Shown here piece after piece: positions 1 through 11,803 of a stretch of DNA of 64,000 nucleotides (position 1 is its first letter; every line of letters starts with the position of its first letter). The stretch covers positions 26,722,001 to 26,786,000 of the forward strand of contig OX597831.1 of assembly GCA_951406725.2 (NCBI GenBank), read 5' to 3'. Source of the stretch: Octopus vulgaris. Lineage: Eukaryota. Position numbers and translations under genes: made by a program. The notes beneath the pieces were generated by a model. That model was not told the origin of the DNA, did no database searches, and worked only from the letters and a program-made list of their open reading frames with translations.

Positions 1-86
1 GAATTATATTTTCTTATTAGCGCTCTATACTCATCTAACACTGTTCGATAACATACGTATATTGGGATATATACATATATGTGCAT

Positions 87-311
87 GGCGAACTGGCAGA
101 CACGTTAGCACGCCGGGCGAAATGCTTAGCGGTATTTCGTCTGTCATTACCTTCTGAGTTCAAATTCCGCCGAGGTCGACTTTGTCTTTCATCCTTTCGA
201 GGTCGATAAATTAAGTACCAGTTTCGCACTGGGGTCGATGTAATTAACTTAATCCGTTTGTCTGTCCTTGTTTGTCCCTTCTATGTTTAGCCCCTTGTGG
301 GCAATAAAGAA
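87..311 (+). mobile_element. tRNA-derived SINE, family A (Tx1-like tail variant), full length with 20-bp target-site duplication
   Basis: A/B-box-like head (ggcgaactggcaga...gagttcaaattcc), conserved body ..cgataaattaagtaccag.., tail ..ccccttgtgggcaataaagaa. ATATATACATATATGTGCAT is repeated at 67-86 and 312-331. About 15 related copies in the window. Confidence 0.9.
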
Positions 312-648
312 ATATATACATATATGTGCATACGTAATTGGGGTATATACATGTAAATATATCAAGCCTGTAAGTTCATGAAGCGGGGGTTTTTTCCGCG
401 TCTCCAAGAACCTTTGGGCTAACTGCACAAGTTTCCCCCGTAAATGGGGGGGGGGTCAATCCGTCGCGGTGGTAGGAGTAACACACAGCTACCGCTGGTA
501 CTCTTTTCTTTCAAACGAATGGAGAATCGAACTCACGACTGAATGATCGTAAGCCTAACACCCAAATTGCAAGGTCATACGTCTTCATTTGAAACTGTAT
601 ATATTTATGTTTTTGTATGTATATGTATACATAAACATGCTTATTTAT

Positions 649-681
<33 letters not shown>

Positions 682-682
682 C

Positions 683-731
<49 letters not shown>

Positions 732-765
732 TAGATAAGATAGATAGATAGATATATACATACAT

Positions 766-809
<44 letters not shown>

Positions 810-1083
810 TCACAGTACATATATACACCCTTCAATTACCATCAAGTCACATATCACCATCTTGTTTGATAATATATCCGGCCGGAAGTTAAACACAACT
901 TCCGCTTAGTCGCACTAAATAGCTAATTTTTTTTTGCCTTGTTATATATATATTTTCGTTCATGTATTTATTATAGATTGTTGTTGTTTCTATATTTTTG
1001 TTGTTTTTATATATTGTTGATATTGTTGTTTGTATCTATTATTGTTGTGATTATATATTGTTGCATGTATGTGCGTTTGTTTA

Positions 1084-1114
<31 letters not shown>

Positions 1115-1159
1115 CTATATCTATATATATGTATATATATAACTATATAAATATATATA

Positions 1160-1216
<57 letters not shown>

Positions 1217-1238
1217 CTATATAAATATATATATATAC

Positions 1239-1393
<155 letters not shown>

Positions 1394-1727
1394 TATATGC
1401 GCAATTATTACATGTGAGTTTAGTCGCCAATTCTCTGTGTTTCTTTGAAACCTTATATTTTTTACAAGGCTCAATTAGGGGAAGAAGGACCAACGCCCAT
1501 GAACTTTTCAGGGTCTCAGCATGTGGTAAGAGGAAGGAAGATATTCCCAAACAAGAACCCTGGCTCCAAAGAGCTTGCAACGGACTGAAACTGGACTCCC
1601 TTAAAGGCACCATGACACACAATGACCAGATGGTGGTGGCAGTGGTGGTGGTGGTGGTGGTGGTGGTCGTGGTGGTGCTGGTAAATGTGGATCACAGTGG
1701 CGTTCGTGGCTGTGATAGTGGTGATGA

Positions 1728-1758
<31 letters not shown>

Positions 1759-1773
1759 GGCGGTGGCGGTGGT

Positions 1774-2310
1774 GATGATGATGGTGGTAATGGTGATGAT
1801 AGCGATGATGGTGATGATGGTTGCGGTAATAGATGGTGAGGGTACTGGTAGTATTGGTAGTAGTAGTGGTGGTGGTGGTGATGGTGTTTGTGATATTGTT
1901 GATGGTGGTGATGGTGGCGGCGGTGGTGATGATGATGGTGGTAATGGTGATGATGGCGATGATGGTGATGATGGTTGTGGTAATAGATGGTGAGGGTAAT
2001 GGTAGTATTGGTGGTAGTAGTGGTGGTGGTGGTGGTGATGGTGTTTGCGATATTGTTGATGGTGGTGGAGGTGGGGGGCGGTGGTGGTGATGATGATGAT
2101 GATGGTGGTAATGGTGATGATAGCGATGATGGTGATGATGGTTGATGGTAATAGATGGTGAGGGTACTGGTAGTATTGGTGGTAGTAGTGGTGGTGGTGA
2201 TGGTGTTTGCGATATTGTTGATGGTGGTGGTGGCTGTGGTGATGATGATGGTGGTAATGGTGATGATGGTTGTGGTAATAGATGGTGAGGGTAATGGTAG
2301 TAGTGGTGGT
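1774..2310. repeat. Higher-order tandem repeat (about 4 units of about 130-170 bp) built from GGT/GAT/GTA microsatellite
   Basis: The marker ggtaatagatggtgagggta recurs at about 1825, 1979, 2146 and 2274. Confidence 0.8.
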
Positions 2311-2854
2311 GGTGGTAGTGGTGGCGGCGGTGGTGATGGTTTCGGTGGCAGGGGTGACGGTGCTAGTGATGGTGGTGATGGTGTTATTTGTGGTGGTAGT
2401 GGTGGTGGTATTGGTTGTAGACCGTGCGACATTATGTTTGGCCTGTTGTCAAAAACGGACATTACTTTTTTTTTTTGTAATCTAGATGACGTACTCCGCA
2501 TCGTAAATAAAATGTACAAGCGTCTACTAAGAATCGAAACCCGATCACTGTTTCCACTGGCTATACACTTTAGACTTACCAGTTTCTCTAGAGAAGTCGT
2601 CGCTGTACTCCCCCTCCCACATACACTTAGTTTTGTAATTACACACATTCCCGTAGTCCATCCTCATTCATCCTCACCTCCGTCCTTTACCCTTCGCCCC
2701 CACCCCCTCCCGCCCCTGCCCCGCCACCCAGGAATCAGTTCTATCCGGTTGTGTAGAATTTCTAGGAATGTTTCAGATGTTCTTCTGAAAGTTTGTCGAT
2801 CATTAATGAGGAGTGGAGGGGGTGGGGGCGGCACTGACATCAACAACTACAACA

Positions 2855-2893
<39 letters not shown>

Positions 2894-3099
2894 GCTACTA
2901 CTACCACTACTACTACCACCATCACCAACACAACAATCACCACCACTACTACTACCACCACCACCACCACTTCTACTACCACCACTACCACCAAAACCAC
3001 TACTACTAATACTATCGATTCTACTACTAATAGCAACAACAACAAAAATAATAATAATAACAGCATCACCAACGTAAACAACATCAGAAACATGAACAC

Positions 3100-3182
3100 A
3101 AAAATAGCAACCAAATCACCCTCAAATCACATGCTACCGTCGTAAGAAAATGAAGGATACATTGGATAATGAGATCGTAGTC

Positions 3183-3216
<34 letters not shown>

Positions 3217-3305
3217 TGTGTGAAAGAGAAAGATTGGATGGTTACGGTTCGAATACAGTTGATCATTGGCCTGTTTGATCAAATCTGTCTCGGAGTTAAA
3301 TAAAA
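3100..3305 (+). mobile_element. Old dispersed repeat (SINE/LINE tail), family F
   Basis: aaatagcaaccaaatcaccctcaaatcac...ggatacattggataat...ttgatcattggcctg; related copies at about 4135-4500, 7020-7100, 19420-19565, 26400-26575 and 28060-28230 (-). Confidence 0.6.
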
Positions 3306-3315
3306 AATTTACAAT

Positions 3316-3479
3316 AGGCGCAGGAGTGACTGTGTGGTAAGTAGCTTGCTTACCAACCACATGGTTCCGGGTTCATTCCCCACTGCGTGGCACGTTGGGC
3401 TTTTGTCTTCTACTATAGCCTCGGGCCAACCAAAGCCTTATGAGTGGATTTGGTAGACGGAAACTGAAAGAAGCCTGTC

Positions 3480-3521
<42 letters not shown>

Positions 3522-3847
3522 AAGACACCCTTCGGTCATGAATGACCATGGGATTGCACCTAGAAAGTTACCCTCCTAGACACAAGTCCGGGCAAGGTTG
3601 TTTATGGAAGGCCAGCAGTCGCCCATGCATACCAGCGTCCCCTCTCCACGCCACCAGTGTTATCCAAGGGAAAGACAAAGGTCGATACAGCTTGGCACCT
3701 GTGACGTCGCAGCTCATTTCTACAGCTGAGTGAACTGGAGCAACGTGAAATAAAGTGCCTTGCTCGAGAACACAAAACGCAGCCCGGGATTCGAGCTCAC
3801 AACCTCACGATCGTAAGATCTACGCTCTAACCACTGAGCCATGCGCC

Positions 3848-3923
<76 letters not shown>

Positions 3924-4130
3924 TGTATGTGTGTCTGTTTTTGTCCCCACCCCAACATCGCTTGACAATCGATGCTTGTGTGTTTACGTCCCCGTAACCT
4001 AGCGGTTCGGCAAAAGAGACCGATAGAATAAGTACTAGGCTTACAAAGAATAAGTCCTGGGGGCGATTTGCTCGACTAAAGGCGGTGCTCCAGCATAGCC
4101 ACAGTAAAATGACTGAAACAAGTAAAAGAG
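3316..4130 (+). mobile_element. tRNA-derived SINE, family B (CORE-like ccttgggcaagt motif, internal TA/TG microsatellite), interrupted by a family C SINE
   Basis: Head ggcgcaggagtgactgtgtggtaag..., 3' half ..ggcggtgctccagcat..gactgaaacaagtaaaagag. The two halves are separated by the insert at 3516-3850. Confidence 0.85.
3516..3850 (-). mobile_element. tRNA-derived SINE, family C, nested in the microsatellite of a family B SINE
   Basis: Reverse complement matches 8792-9125 (gaaggcgcatggctcagtggttagagc...ggtgcaatcccatggtcattcatgaccgaaggg). Confidence 0.9.
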
Positions 4131-4582
4131 TATAGTCTTTAAAAAGGAAGGACGCATGAGATAATATAACCAAATATACACTGAATGAAAAAGGCGGAAT
4201 GGTCATGGTTGTAATGGTTTTGATCATCAACACCACTGAGTCAAGGGATGTCTTGAGGTAAGTAATATCAACACCAGCCGTGTGATCTTCCAGTTGTCGT
4301 CCAGCTCGGAAGAAATAGCAGTCAACTCTCCCGCAAATCACACGCTATCATCTGAAAAGAAGTGAATGACATCGGATAACGGGATCGTAGTCACAGTGTG
4401 TTTGTAAGAAAAAGACGAGATGGACACGGCTGGAATACGTTTGGGCATTGGCTTGTTCGATCAGGTCTGTTTCAGGGCCAAGTATCAACGACAACAACAT
4501 CTAGGATAACAAGGGACCCTCTGTGAGATCTCCTTCACTTACATCTACCGTCTTAAACTGGAAGGAGACAGCGGACAGTGTA

Positions 4583-5153
4583 TTGCTAGGCGCAAGAGTG
4601 GCTGTGTAGTAAGTTGCTTGCTTACCAACCGCATGGTTCCGGGTTCAGTCCCACTGCGAGGCACCTTGGGCAAGTATCTTCTACTATAGCTCCGGGCCGA
4701 CTAAAACCTCGTGAGTGGATTTCGTAGACGGAAACTGATTGCTAGGCTCAAGAGTGGCTGTGTGGTAAGTTGCTTGCTTGCCAACCGCATGGTTCCGGGT
4801 TCAGTCCCACTGCGTGGCACCTTGGGCAAGTGTCTTCTACTATAGCTCCGGCCCGACTAAAATCTTGTGACTGGATTTCGTAAACGGAAACTGAAAGAAG
4901 CCTGTCATGTACATGAGTGTGTGTGTTAGTGTATCTATATTTGTCCCCCCCACCACCACCACCACCACTATCGCTTGACAACCGATGTTGGTATGTTTAC
5001 GTCCCCGTAATCTACCGGTTGGGCAAAAAGAGACAGATAAAATAAATACTAGGCTCGCAAAGAATACGCCCTGGGGTCGATTTGTTCGATTAAAAGGTGG
5101 TGCTCCAGCATGGACGCAATCAAACGACTGAAACAAATAAGGGAATAAAAGAA
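4583..5153 (+). mobile_element. Family B SINE with tandemly duplicated 5' head
   Basis: The head ttgctaggc(g/t)caagagtggctgtgt..cggaaactga occurs at about 4583-4737 and again from about 4739, followed by a complete tail. Confidence 0.85.
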
Positions 5154-5319
5154 TGAAGGAATATATATATTGTAACTACATGTGGATCGTTGGCGATTTT
5201 TTCCCTCCGTCTTCCTTTTCTCTTCCTCTTTCTGGAGAAGAGCGTCAGCTAATACTTTGCATTACCACGCCCTCGCGTTGTTGTTTTTTTCATGTTTTTC
5301 TTCGTTTTTTGGGGGATCA

Positions 5320-5359
<40 letters not shown>

Positions 5360-5406
5360 TATATATTATATATATATATATATATACTTATATATGTACA
5401 TATATG

Positions 5407-5480
<74 letters not shown>

Positions 5481-5508
5481 ATAAGGGTGAAAAGGAACAC
5501 ACGAGTTG

Positions 5509-5916
5509 ATATATATGAAAAAATAAGTCAAAATAGAAAATGCTAAAATAATTTTATAGTGAACATTTCAGTACCGGTTTCGGTCATTTTGAGACCTTTT
5601 CAACTGTAACGATTAAATAATTAAATTTAGAAAAATTAGAAGAAAAGTTTTTTTAAAGGAACATTTCTATAGTAGTGTTCAGATATAAGTGGCATTCTGC
5701 CTTTCTCTGACTCCCTTGTTTGCACTTGAATGCCATTTATATCTGAACACTACTATAGAAATATTCCTTTAAAAAAACTTTTCTTCTAATTTTTCTAAAT
5801 TTAATTATTTAATCGTTACAGTTGAAAAGGTCTCAAAATGACCGAAACCGGTACTGAAATGTTCACTATAAAATTATTTTAGCATTTTCTATTTTGACTT
5901 ATTTTTTCATATATAT
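5509..5916. repeat. Near-perfect inverted repeat (about 189-bp arms, 30-nt spacer) carrying a hammerhead motif in each arm; Penelope-like pLTR module
   Basis: Arms 5509-5697 and 5728-5916 are reverse complements with 2 mismatches that I could find. Confidence 0.9.
5819..5856 (+). ncRNA. Minimal type I hammerhead ribozyme, U3-A8 core variant (mirror copy 5569-5606 on -; diverged copy 6031-6064 on -)
   Basis: cag TTGAAAA GGTC tcaaaat GACC GAAA CCGG TA ctg: stem I cag/ctg, stem II GGTC/GACC, palindromic helix III CCGG, GUA triplet. Confidence 0.75.
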
Positions 5917-6189
5917 ATATACATGTGTGTGTGTGTGTGTAGAAGGTTGAAAAGAAACACGCGAGTTGTCATGTATAAGGAAAATATGACAAGGTATAAA
6001 ATGCTAAAATAATTTCATCATGAACATTTTAGTACCGGTTTCAGGCTTTGCGACTTTTTCAACTTAGAGTAGAGCATGAAAAACAATTAAATTGTGGAAA
6101 AATTAAATGTAATGTTTTTTTTTTAAATATTTCTATACTTTTCAAATGTAAGGAACATTTTCTTTTTTCCTGTCTGTCTCTATCTCCAG

Positions 6190-6249
<60 letters not shown>

Positions 6250-6250
6250 C

Positions 6251-6290
<40 letters not shown>

Positions 6291-6592
6291 TACATACTTC
6301 TAATATAGGATAAGATGTTTTCCAAAAAAATTCCGTCAACGTGACCAGCTTATTAATACCTTTAAAGGTGAAAATTATAAACAATGGCAAAAGAAAAAGA
6401 TTTCTATGCCAATATGCTGAGAATAGACTTTAATCCTATAGCAAGCTTCAGTACACGTGTGACTGTCACGAGGCTTGCTATAGGATTTTACGTTTAGATA
6501 TAACTGGGGTACTTATGTGTACACATGACTCTTGCATCTACTTTTTTTTTTTCTTGGGTGCTTGTAAGTATTTCATTTATTTCTTATCGTAT

Positions 6593-6651
6593 TCTCTACT
6601 GAAGAGGGAAAATTCCGTGGGATTAATCCCGAAATTGATTCAATATAGAGA
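6593..6651 (+). ncRNA. Canonical type I hammerhead ribozyme
   Basis: tctcta CTGAAGA GGGA..17 nt..TCCC GAAA ttg att caa TA tagaga: intact CUGANGA/GAAA/UH core and all three helices pair. Confidence 0.85.
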
Positions 6652-6809
6652 TAACGGATTTTTTAAAAGATTCTGTTCGCTTGCCTTCCTCGATTTCAGC
6701 ACGACGTGTATTCATGGTGAATGTATATTGTAATGTGGTGATTGACGATTTAAAGTCTCTTCTCAGCATATTGGCATAGAAATCTTTTTTCTTTTGCCCT
6801 TGTTCATAA

Positions 6810-7012
6810 TTGTGTGACTGCGTGAGCATCGTTGGCGATTTTCTTTCTCCGTCTTCCCTTCCTTGGACTTTTCCTTTTTCTGTTTCTGACGAGGAGCTCC
6901 GCTCGAAACGTTAAATCCTCCTTTCTTTCCTTTCCTGAGCGTCCAATAACACTATACTTGTTCCACGTCCTCGCGTTGTTGTGTTTTTTCTTTGTTCATG
7001 TTTGGATTAACT
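6810..7012 (+). mobile_element. About 200-bp hammerhead-bearing element, family E (Penelope-like pLTR or retrozyme-like); motif at 6882-6916
   Basis: gttt CTGACGA g GAGC tcc GCTC GAAA cg TT aaat; ends in (TA)n. A deleted copy lies at about 5180-5322. Confidence 0.75.
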
Positions 7013-7144
7013 ATATATATATATGACTGGAATGTCAAGGCTAGATTGCCTTTGATTATATAGTTCAATCCTTGCTGACCTGGGGTTAAATAACAAAAAT
7101 GCTAACTGCGACCCAGCTATTACGACTAAAATAACAATTATTAC

Positions 7145-7339
7145 TATAACACAAGGTCTGAAATTTTGGGGGAAAGGGCTTCTCGTTTACATCGATTCCA
7201 GTACTCAACTGGTATTTATTTTACCGAACCCCGAAAGCATGAAAGGCAAAGTCAGTCTCGGAGGCATTTGAACTCAGAATCGGAAGAACTGCCGCTAAAC
7301 ATTTCGTGTAACGTGCTAACGACTCTACCAGCTCGCCAC
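7145..7339 (-). mobile_element. Family A SINE, second tail type, diverged
   Basis: Reverse complement reads ggtggcgagctggtagagtcgttagcacg...tgagttcaaatgcc...aaaatttcagaccttgtg. Confidence 0.75.
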
Positions 7340-7419
7340 CTATAAATTATATAAAGACACGACGAATACAGATACAGCTACAACAACAGCAGCAACAACA
7401 CTGGGAAAAACATCATCAT

Positions 7420-8090
7420 CGATACGAAAGAAGTCAAACGTTGCCAAAAGATGTAAGTGAGATCTATGGAAGCCAGATGTAACCAAGAAGTGAAAATAAC
7501 ATCTGGAGAACTCAAACATGGTCAAGGTGTATAATTAAGATTTGGAAAAGTTTAACATAACCAATGGATGTAAGTAGCATCTGGAGAAGTTAGAAGCAGA
7601 CAACAGCCGTTAACATCTGTTGAAGTCAAAATAGCCCTCAGCTTTAAATAACATCTGCAGACGCTAAGAATAATCAATAGATAGATGTCAATAGATCTGA
7701 AAAGGTCAACTGTATTCAAGATGTGAGAAAAGACAAAATGGAAGAGACAAAAGCAAATTTGGAGAAGACAGATACAGTCCGGAGGTCCGAATATTTTGTA
7801 GATTAGTGAAATAAAGCCAAGCGGTGTAGATTACATCCGGATTAAATAAAGCTGAAAGTTGTAAATTACACTGGATTAGATAAAGCCAATAGCTGCAGAT
7901 TAAATCTGGATTACTGAAATTAAGTCGAGATCTGTATGTTAAAACCGGATTAAATAAAACCAAGAACCATTGATTAAATCTGGATAAATGGCATTAAGCC
8001 AAGAGCTGTAAATTCCATCTGGATTAGTGAAATAAAACCAAGAATTGTAAATTATATCTATTGAAGTGAAACAAGCTGAAATTAAAAGTA
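7420..8090. repeat. Degenerate minisatellite, 35-39 bp units
   Basis: Recurring acatctggagaagtcaaa (left part) and atctggattagtgaaataaagccaagagctgtaaatt (right part) at about 35-39 bp spacing. Confidence 0.7.
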
Positions 8091-8791
8091 AACACATTAT
8101 TTTTGCTTTTCCCACCGCATCGGGAAAAATTATATAAGCCAAACAGCAACATAATTAAAACAATATGGCCGCTAAAACTAACATCCACATTTCAAACCGG
8201 AAGTATACATGATAGAGATATGATGTGAAGCGCTTCCATATTGCAGTAATATCCTTTTAACATTTCCACTTCGTCTTCCATTTTCCTTTTTGTTGTTTTT
8301 TGTTGTTTTTTGTCCCCACCCCACATCCTCCAATTTACCGTCTGTTCATCAAATTTTTACTTTTTTATTTGAGTATTTTATAATTTTTTGTTCGTTTTAC
8401 CCCTTTTTCATTCTTTTTATTTATTACTTTCTTCTTGGACACTCTTTCCACGCTGTATTCTTCTTCCTGTAATCTATCGTTTATTTTTTCATTCTTGGTG
8501 TTATTATTGTTGTTGTTGCTTCTGTTGTTCTAATTGTTGTTGTTGTTCTTCACCTTGTTCCAGATGCCCTCAAATAAAAGGCAATCCACATATGACCATC
8601 TCGTCTGTTTTTATGTTAGAATGCACCATTGAATATGTCTCTCTTCCTTTTTGTTATTTTTTTTATTCGTAGATGATGATTGGGGGTAGGGGAGAATAGG
8701 GGCGATAGAAATGGTGGTGGAGGTGTTATGGAAGCGTTGGTAATGGTGTAGATGGTACGTATCGCACACACAAACATGTATATATATATAA

Positions 8792-9125
8792 GTGAAGGTG
8801 CATGGCTCAGTGGTTAGAGCATAGAGCTTACGATCGTGAGGTTGTGAGTTCGATTCCCGGACCGGGCTGCGTGTTGTGTGCTTGAGCAAGACACTTTATT
8901 TCACCTTGCTCCAGTTAACTCAGCTGTAGAAATGAGTTGCGACATCACTGGTACCAAACTGTATCGGCCTTTGCCTTTCCCTTGGATAACATCAGTGGTG
9001 TGGAGAGGAGAGGCTGGTATGTATGGGCGACTGCTAGCCTTCCACAATCTTGCCCTGAGTTGTGCCTAGGAGGGTAACTTTCTCGGTGCAATCCCATGGT
9101 CATTCATGACCGAAGGGGGTCTCCT
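8792..9125 (+). mobile_element. Family C SINE, full length
   Basis: tRNA-like head tggctcagtggttagagc..gagttcgattccc, then cttgagcaagacactt; matches 3516-3850 and 12568-12900. Confidence 0.9.
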
Positions 9126-9244
9126 CCTCATATATATATATATATATACGTACATGTTATATATGTTCGCATTTGTGTATACACGCATACATATGTACAC
9201 ATATATATGTATGCATGTATGTATGTGCAATCACGTATGCACAC

Positions 9245-9790
9245 ACGCACGATAGGTTTTCAGAAAAGTAACGCAGAAGGCAGCATAACTTTTATTAACT
9301 AAAATAGGTTGTTCAAATTACTTATGTTGGTAGAGTAACACTTTTTCTAAAGTGACTCTGCTGTCTGTTCTTCATTAGGGACAAATATTGGGTTCCAAGC
9401 AGAAGTATTGTGCCGTCATTGAGTTCTCGATGAAAGAGATAAGCAAACTGTCTGACATTCACAGAGGGCTACAGGTTGTTTATGAAGACGACACCATTGA
9501 CAAGAGGAATGTGCACAAATGAAGTATTTTAAAATAGGGGGGGAAAAACTCCAGTATCAATGAAAAACCTCACGTTGTGGGAGACGACCAATTGCGACCA
9601 TCGACGCGAATTCTCAGCGAGTGGGTGAACTGATTTCTGCAGACAAATGAGTCACAATCCATAAGCTTGCTCTGTAACTGATCTGTGGTCACTATTTATC
9701 AAAGGAAAGAGCGGCAGACTTTATGTATCGGTAATCCTGTACAAAGTGGGTTCTTCGGTTGTTCAGTTTGAATCATAGGAAGAAGTCGTG
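9245..9790 (+). pseudogene. Decayed mariner transposase 5' region
   Basis: Broken translation KQKYCAVIEF..DIHRGLQVVYEDDTIDKRNVHK..RVGELISADK*VT..CTKWVLRL resembles the mariner N-terminal HTH and the WVPRL motif. Confidence 0.6.
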
Positions 9791-9894
9791 CAATGTAGTC
9801 CTACGTAGACAAAACGAGATGGCTTCGGTTGAATGTTCTTTGGTCATATATCTAATCGTAGTCAATCAGGCCTGGGACGAAAAGACAGCAGCCA

Positions 9895-10085
9895 CGTGGA
9901 GGCGCAATGGCCCAGTGATTAGGGCAGTGGACCGGCGGTCGTAAGAACGCGGTTTCAATTCCCAGACCGAGCATTGTGTTTATTGAGCAAAAACACCTAA
10001 GCTCCACGTGGCTCCAGCGGGGGTGGGTGGGTGAACCCCGCTGTACTCTTTCACCACAACTTTCTCTCACTCTTTCTTCCTACTT
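9895..10085 (+). mobile_element. Family D SINE, 5' part
   Basis: gtggaggcgcaatggcccagtgattagggcag..ggtttcaattcccagacc; matches the reverse complement of 25300-25484. Confidence 0.8.
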
Positions 10086-10173
10086 CTGCCAAAAACCAGA
10101 GGAACCATAGTGTAACCCACTATGGTGTGATAAACTTTCAGATCCTAATCTAGATTGCGAATCCTCTGTACCC

Positions 10174-10405
10174 TATTTCTTTACTACCCACAAGGGGCTA
10201 AACACAGAGAGGACAAACAAGGACAGACAAACGGATTAAGTCGATTACCTTGACCCCAGTGCGTAACTGGTACTTAATTTATCGACCCCGAAAGGATGAA
10301 AGGCAAAGTGGACCTCGGCGGAATTTGAACTCAGAACGTAACGGCAGACGAAATATGGCTACGCATTTCGCCCGGCCTGCTAACGTTTCTGCCAGCTCAC
10401 CGCCT
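10174..10405 (-). mobile_element. Family A SINE with target-site duplication
   Basis: Reverse complement of the 87-311 family; ctctgtaccc flanks both sides. Confidence 0.9.
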
Positions 10406-10942
10406 AAAATACTCTGTACCCAAGGATGGTTCAGCTCTCCATCCGTTAAAAAGCCACCGTTTACGGGATGAGGATAACAACGTAGTTTTCTCGCCCGTGC
10501 AACCGCCAATCTATCGCGTGTGGTGGGTGGATGTTCACGTTGCCACACTCATTCTTAGTAGCTTAGAGTAGGCTCGAATTAGAGATTATTCTTTGTGGCT
10601 AATGGCGTGAGTCCTGATTGGAAGAAGAAGAACAACAACAACAACAGCTACTGACTGTACTGAACTCATCTAAAATGGTGTCTATTTTTAAAGGCGGCAA
10701 GCTGGCAAAATCTTGAGCGCGCTGCAAAAAAATGTTAACAGCACTTCGATAAAACAAACACTAGTTGAACACCTGCGTTGATCACATCAACTTACCCCAT
10801 CCATCGAAATTGCTAGCCTTGTGCCAAAATTTGAAACTGCTTTTATAATTATGATTATTATTTAAGACGTTGCATAGTATCCAATATCGTGACATTGATT
10901 GAAAAAATTGTGTCTACCGTTGGTTTGTACTGTCTGTCCAAG

Positions 10943-11660
10943 TCACAACAACAGTACTTTACGCAATATGTATGCTGTTTCAAGTAATGCCGACTTTTGC
11001 AATACGCTTAGATTGTAGGGTACTTCTAAAGTTTCCAGATGTTTCTTCAGATTGGATGGTATTGAACCCAATGCTCCGATGACAATAGAGATAACCTTTA
11101 TATTTGACTCTCGTAGCTGCCATATCTTGGTGATCTCAATTCTCAGGTCTCCATATTTATCGATCTTTTCTCTTTCTTTCATGATGATATGTTGATCTCC
11201 TGGCACTGCCACGTCGATTATTAGGCACTCTTGTTTGTCCCTCTTAAAAGTTACTATGTCCGGCTTTTGGTGCTCTAATACCTTGTCTGTCTGAAAGTCA
11301 AAGTCCCACAGAGTTTTTGCCTTCCCCTTTTCGTCCATTATCTTTTCTGGTGTATGTTGATACGAAACACCCATTACCACTCATCCATACTTTCGGCATA
11401 GAAGCCATTGAAGGTTCTGCGTTACCTTGTGTCTGCGCTTCTACTCTTTCTGCACAAGACTTTCACAAGCACTGACAATGTGAGCCCTCTTCCCACACAT
11501 TCTGCAGAGGTTCGTTGCACTTGTGTAGTATATATCTCATTTCACTACGTTGGTATTCAATGCCTGATCCTGGGCAGCGATGATTAGGCTTTTAGTTTTC
11601 TTTTTTAGGTCACCCTTGTTGCTGAGCCACCCCCATGATGCTTCCTGATCTTTTAAGTTG
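10943..11660 (-). pseudogene. Non-LTR retrotransposon 3' fragment, R4/Dong-type: CCHC knuckle plus restriction-like endonuclease
   Basis: IAAQDQALNT, CRMCG..HIVSAC, LWDFDFQTD..KPDIV..IIDVAVP..EKIDKY..IGALG; frameshifted. Confidence 0.85.
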
Positions 11661-11803
11661 TTATATATATATATATATGGGTACAGGACGTCACCAACTG
11701 TGCAAATAACATGAAACGCGTAAACAAACGAGGAAAAAAACGAGTGAAATACGTAAACAACGAAAAAAAATTGGAAGACTGGGCAACTAAACACAGAGAA
11801 AGG

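Noticed and set aside
35-229. Recurrent ORF MRNWYLIYRPRKDERQSRPRRNLNSE seen at several loci
   Set aside because: Antisense reading of family A SINE; recurrence reflects repeat copy number.
1414-1640. Complex sequence with a possible acceptor (ttttttacaag) and an open frame
   Set aside because: No recognisable motif in any frame and it runs into microsatellite; cannot be supported as an exon.
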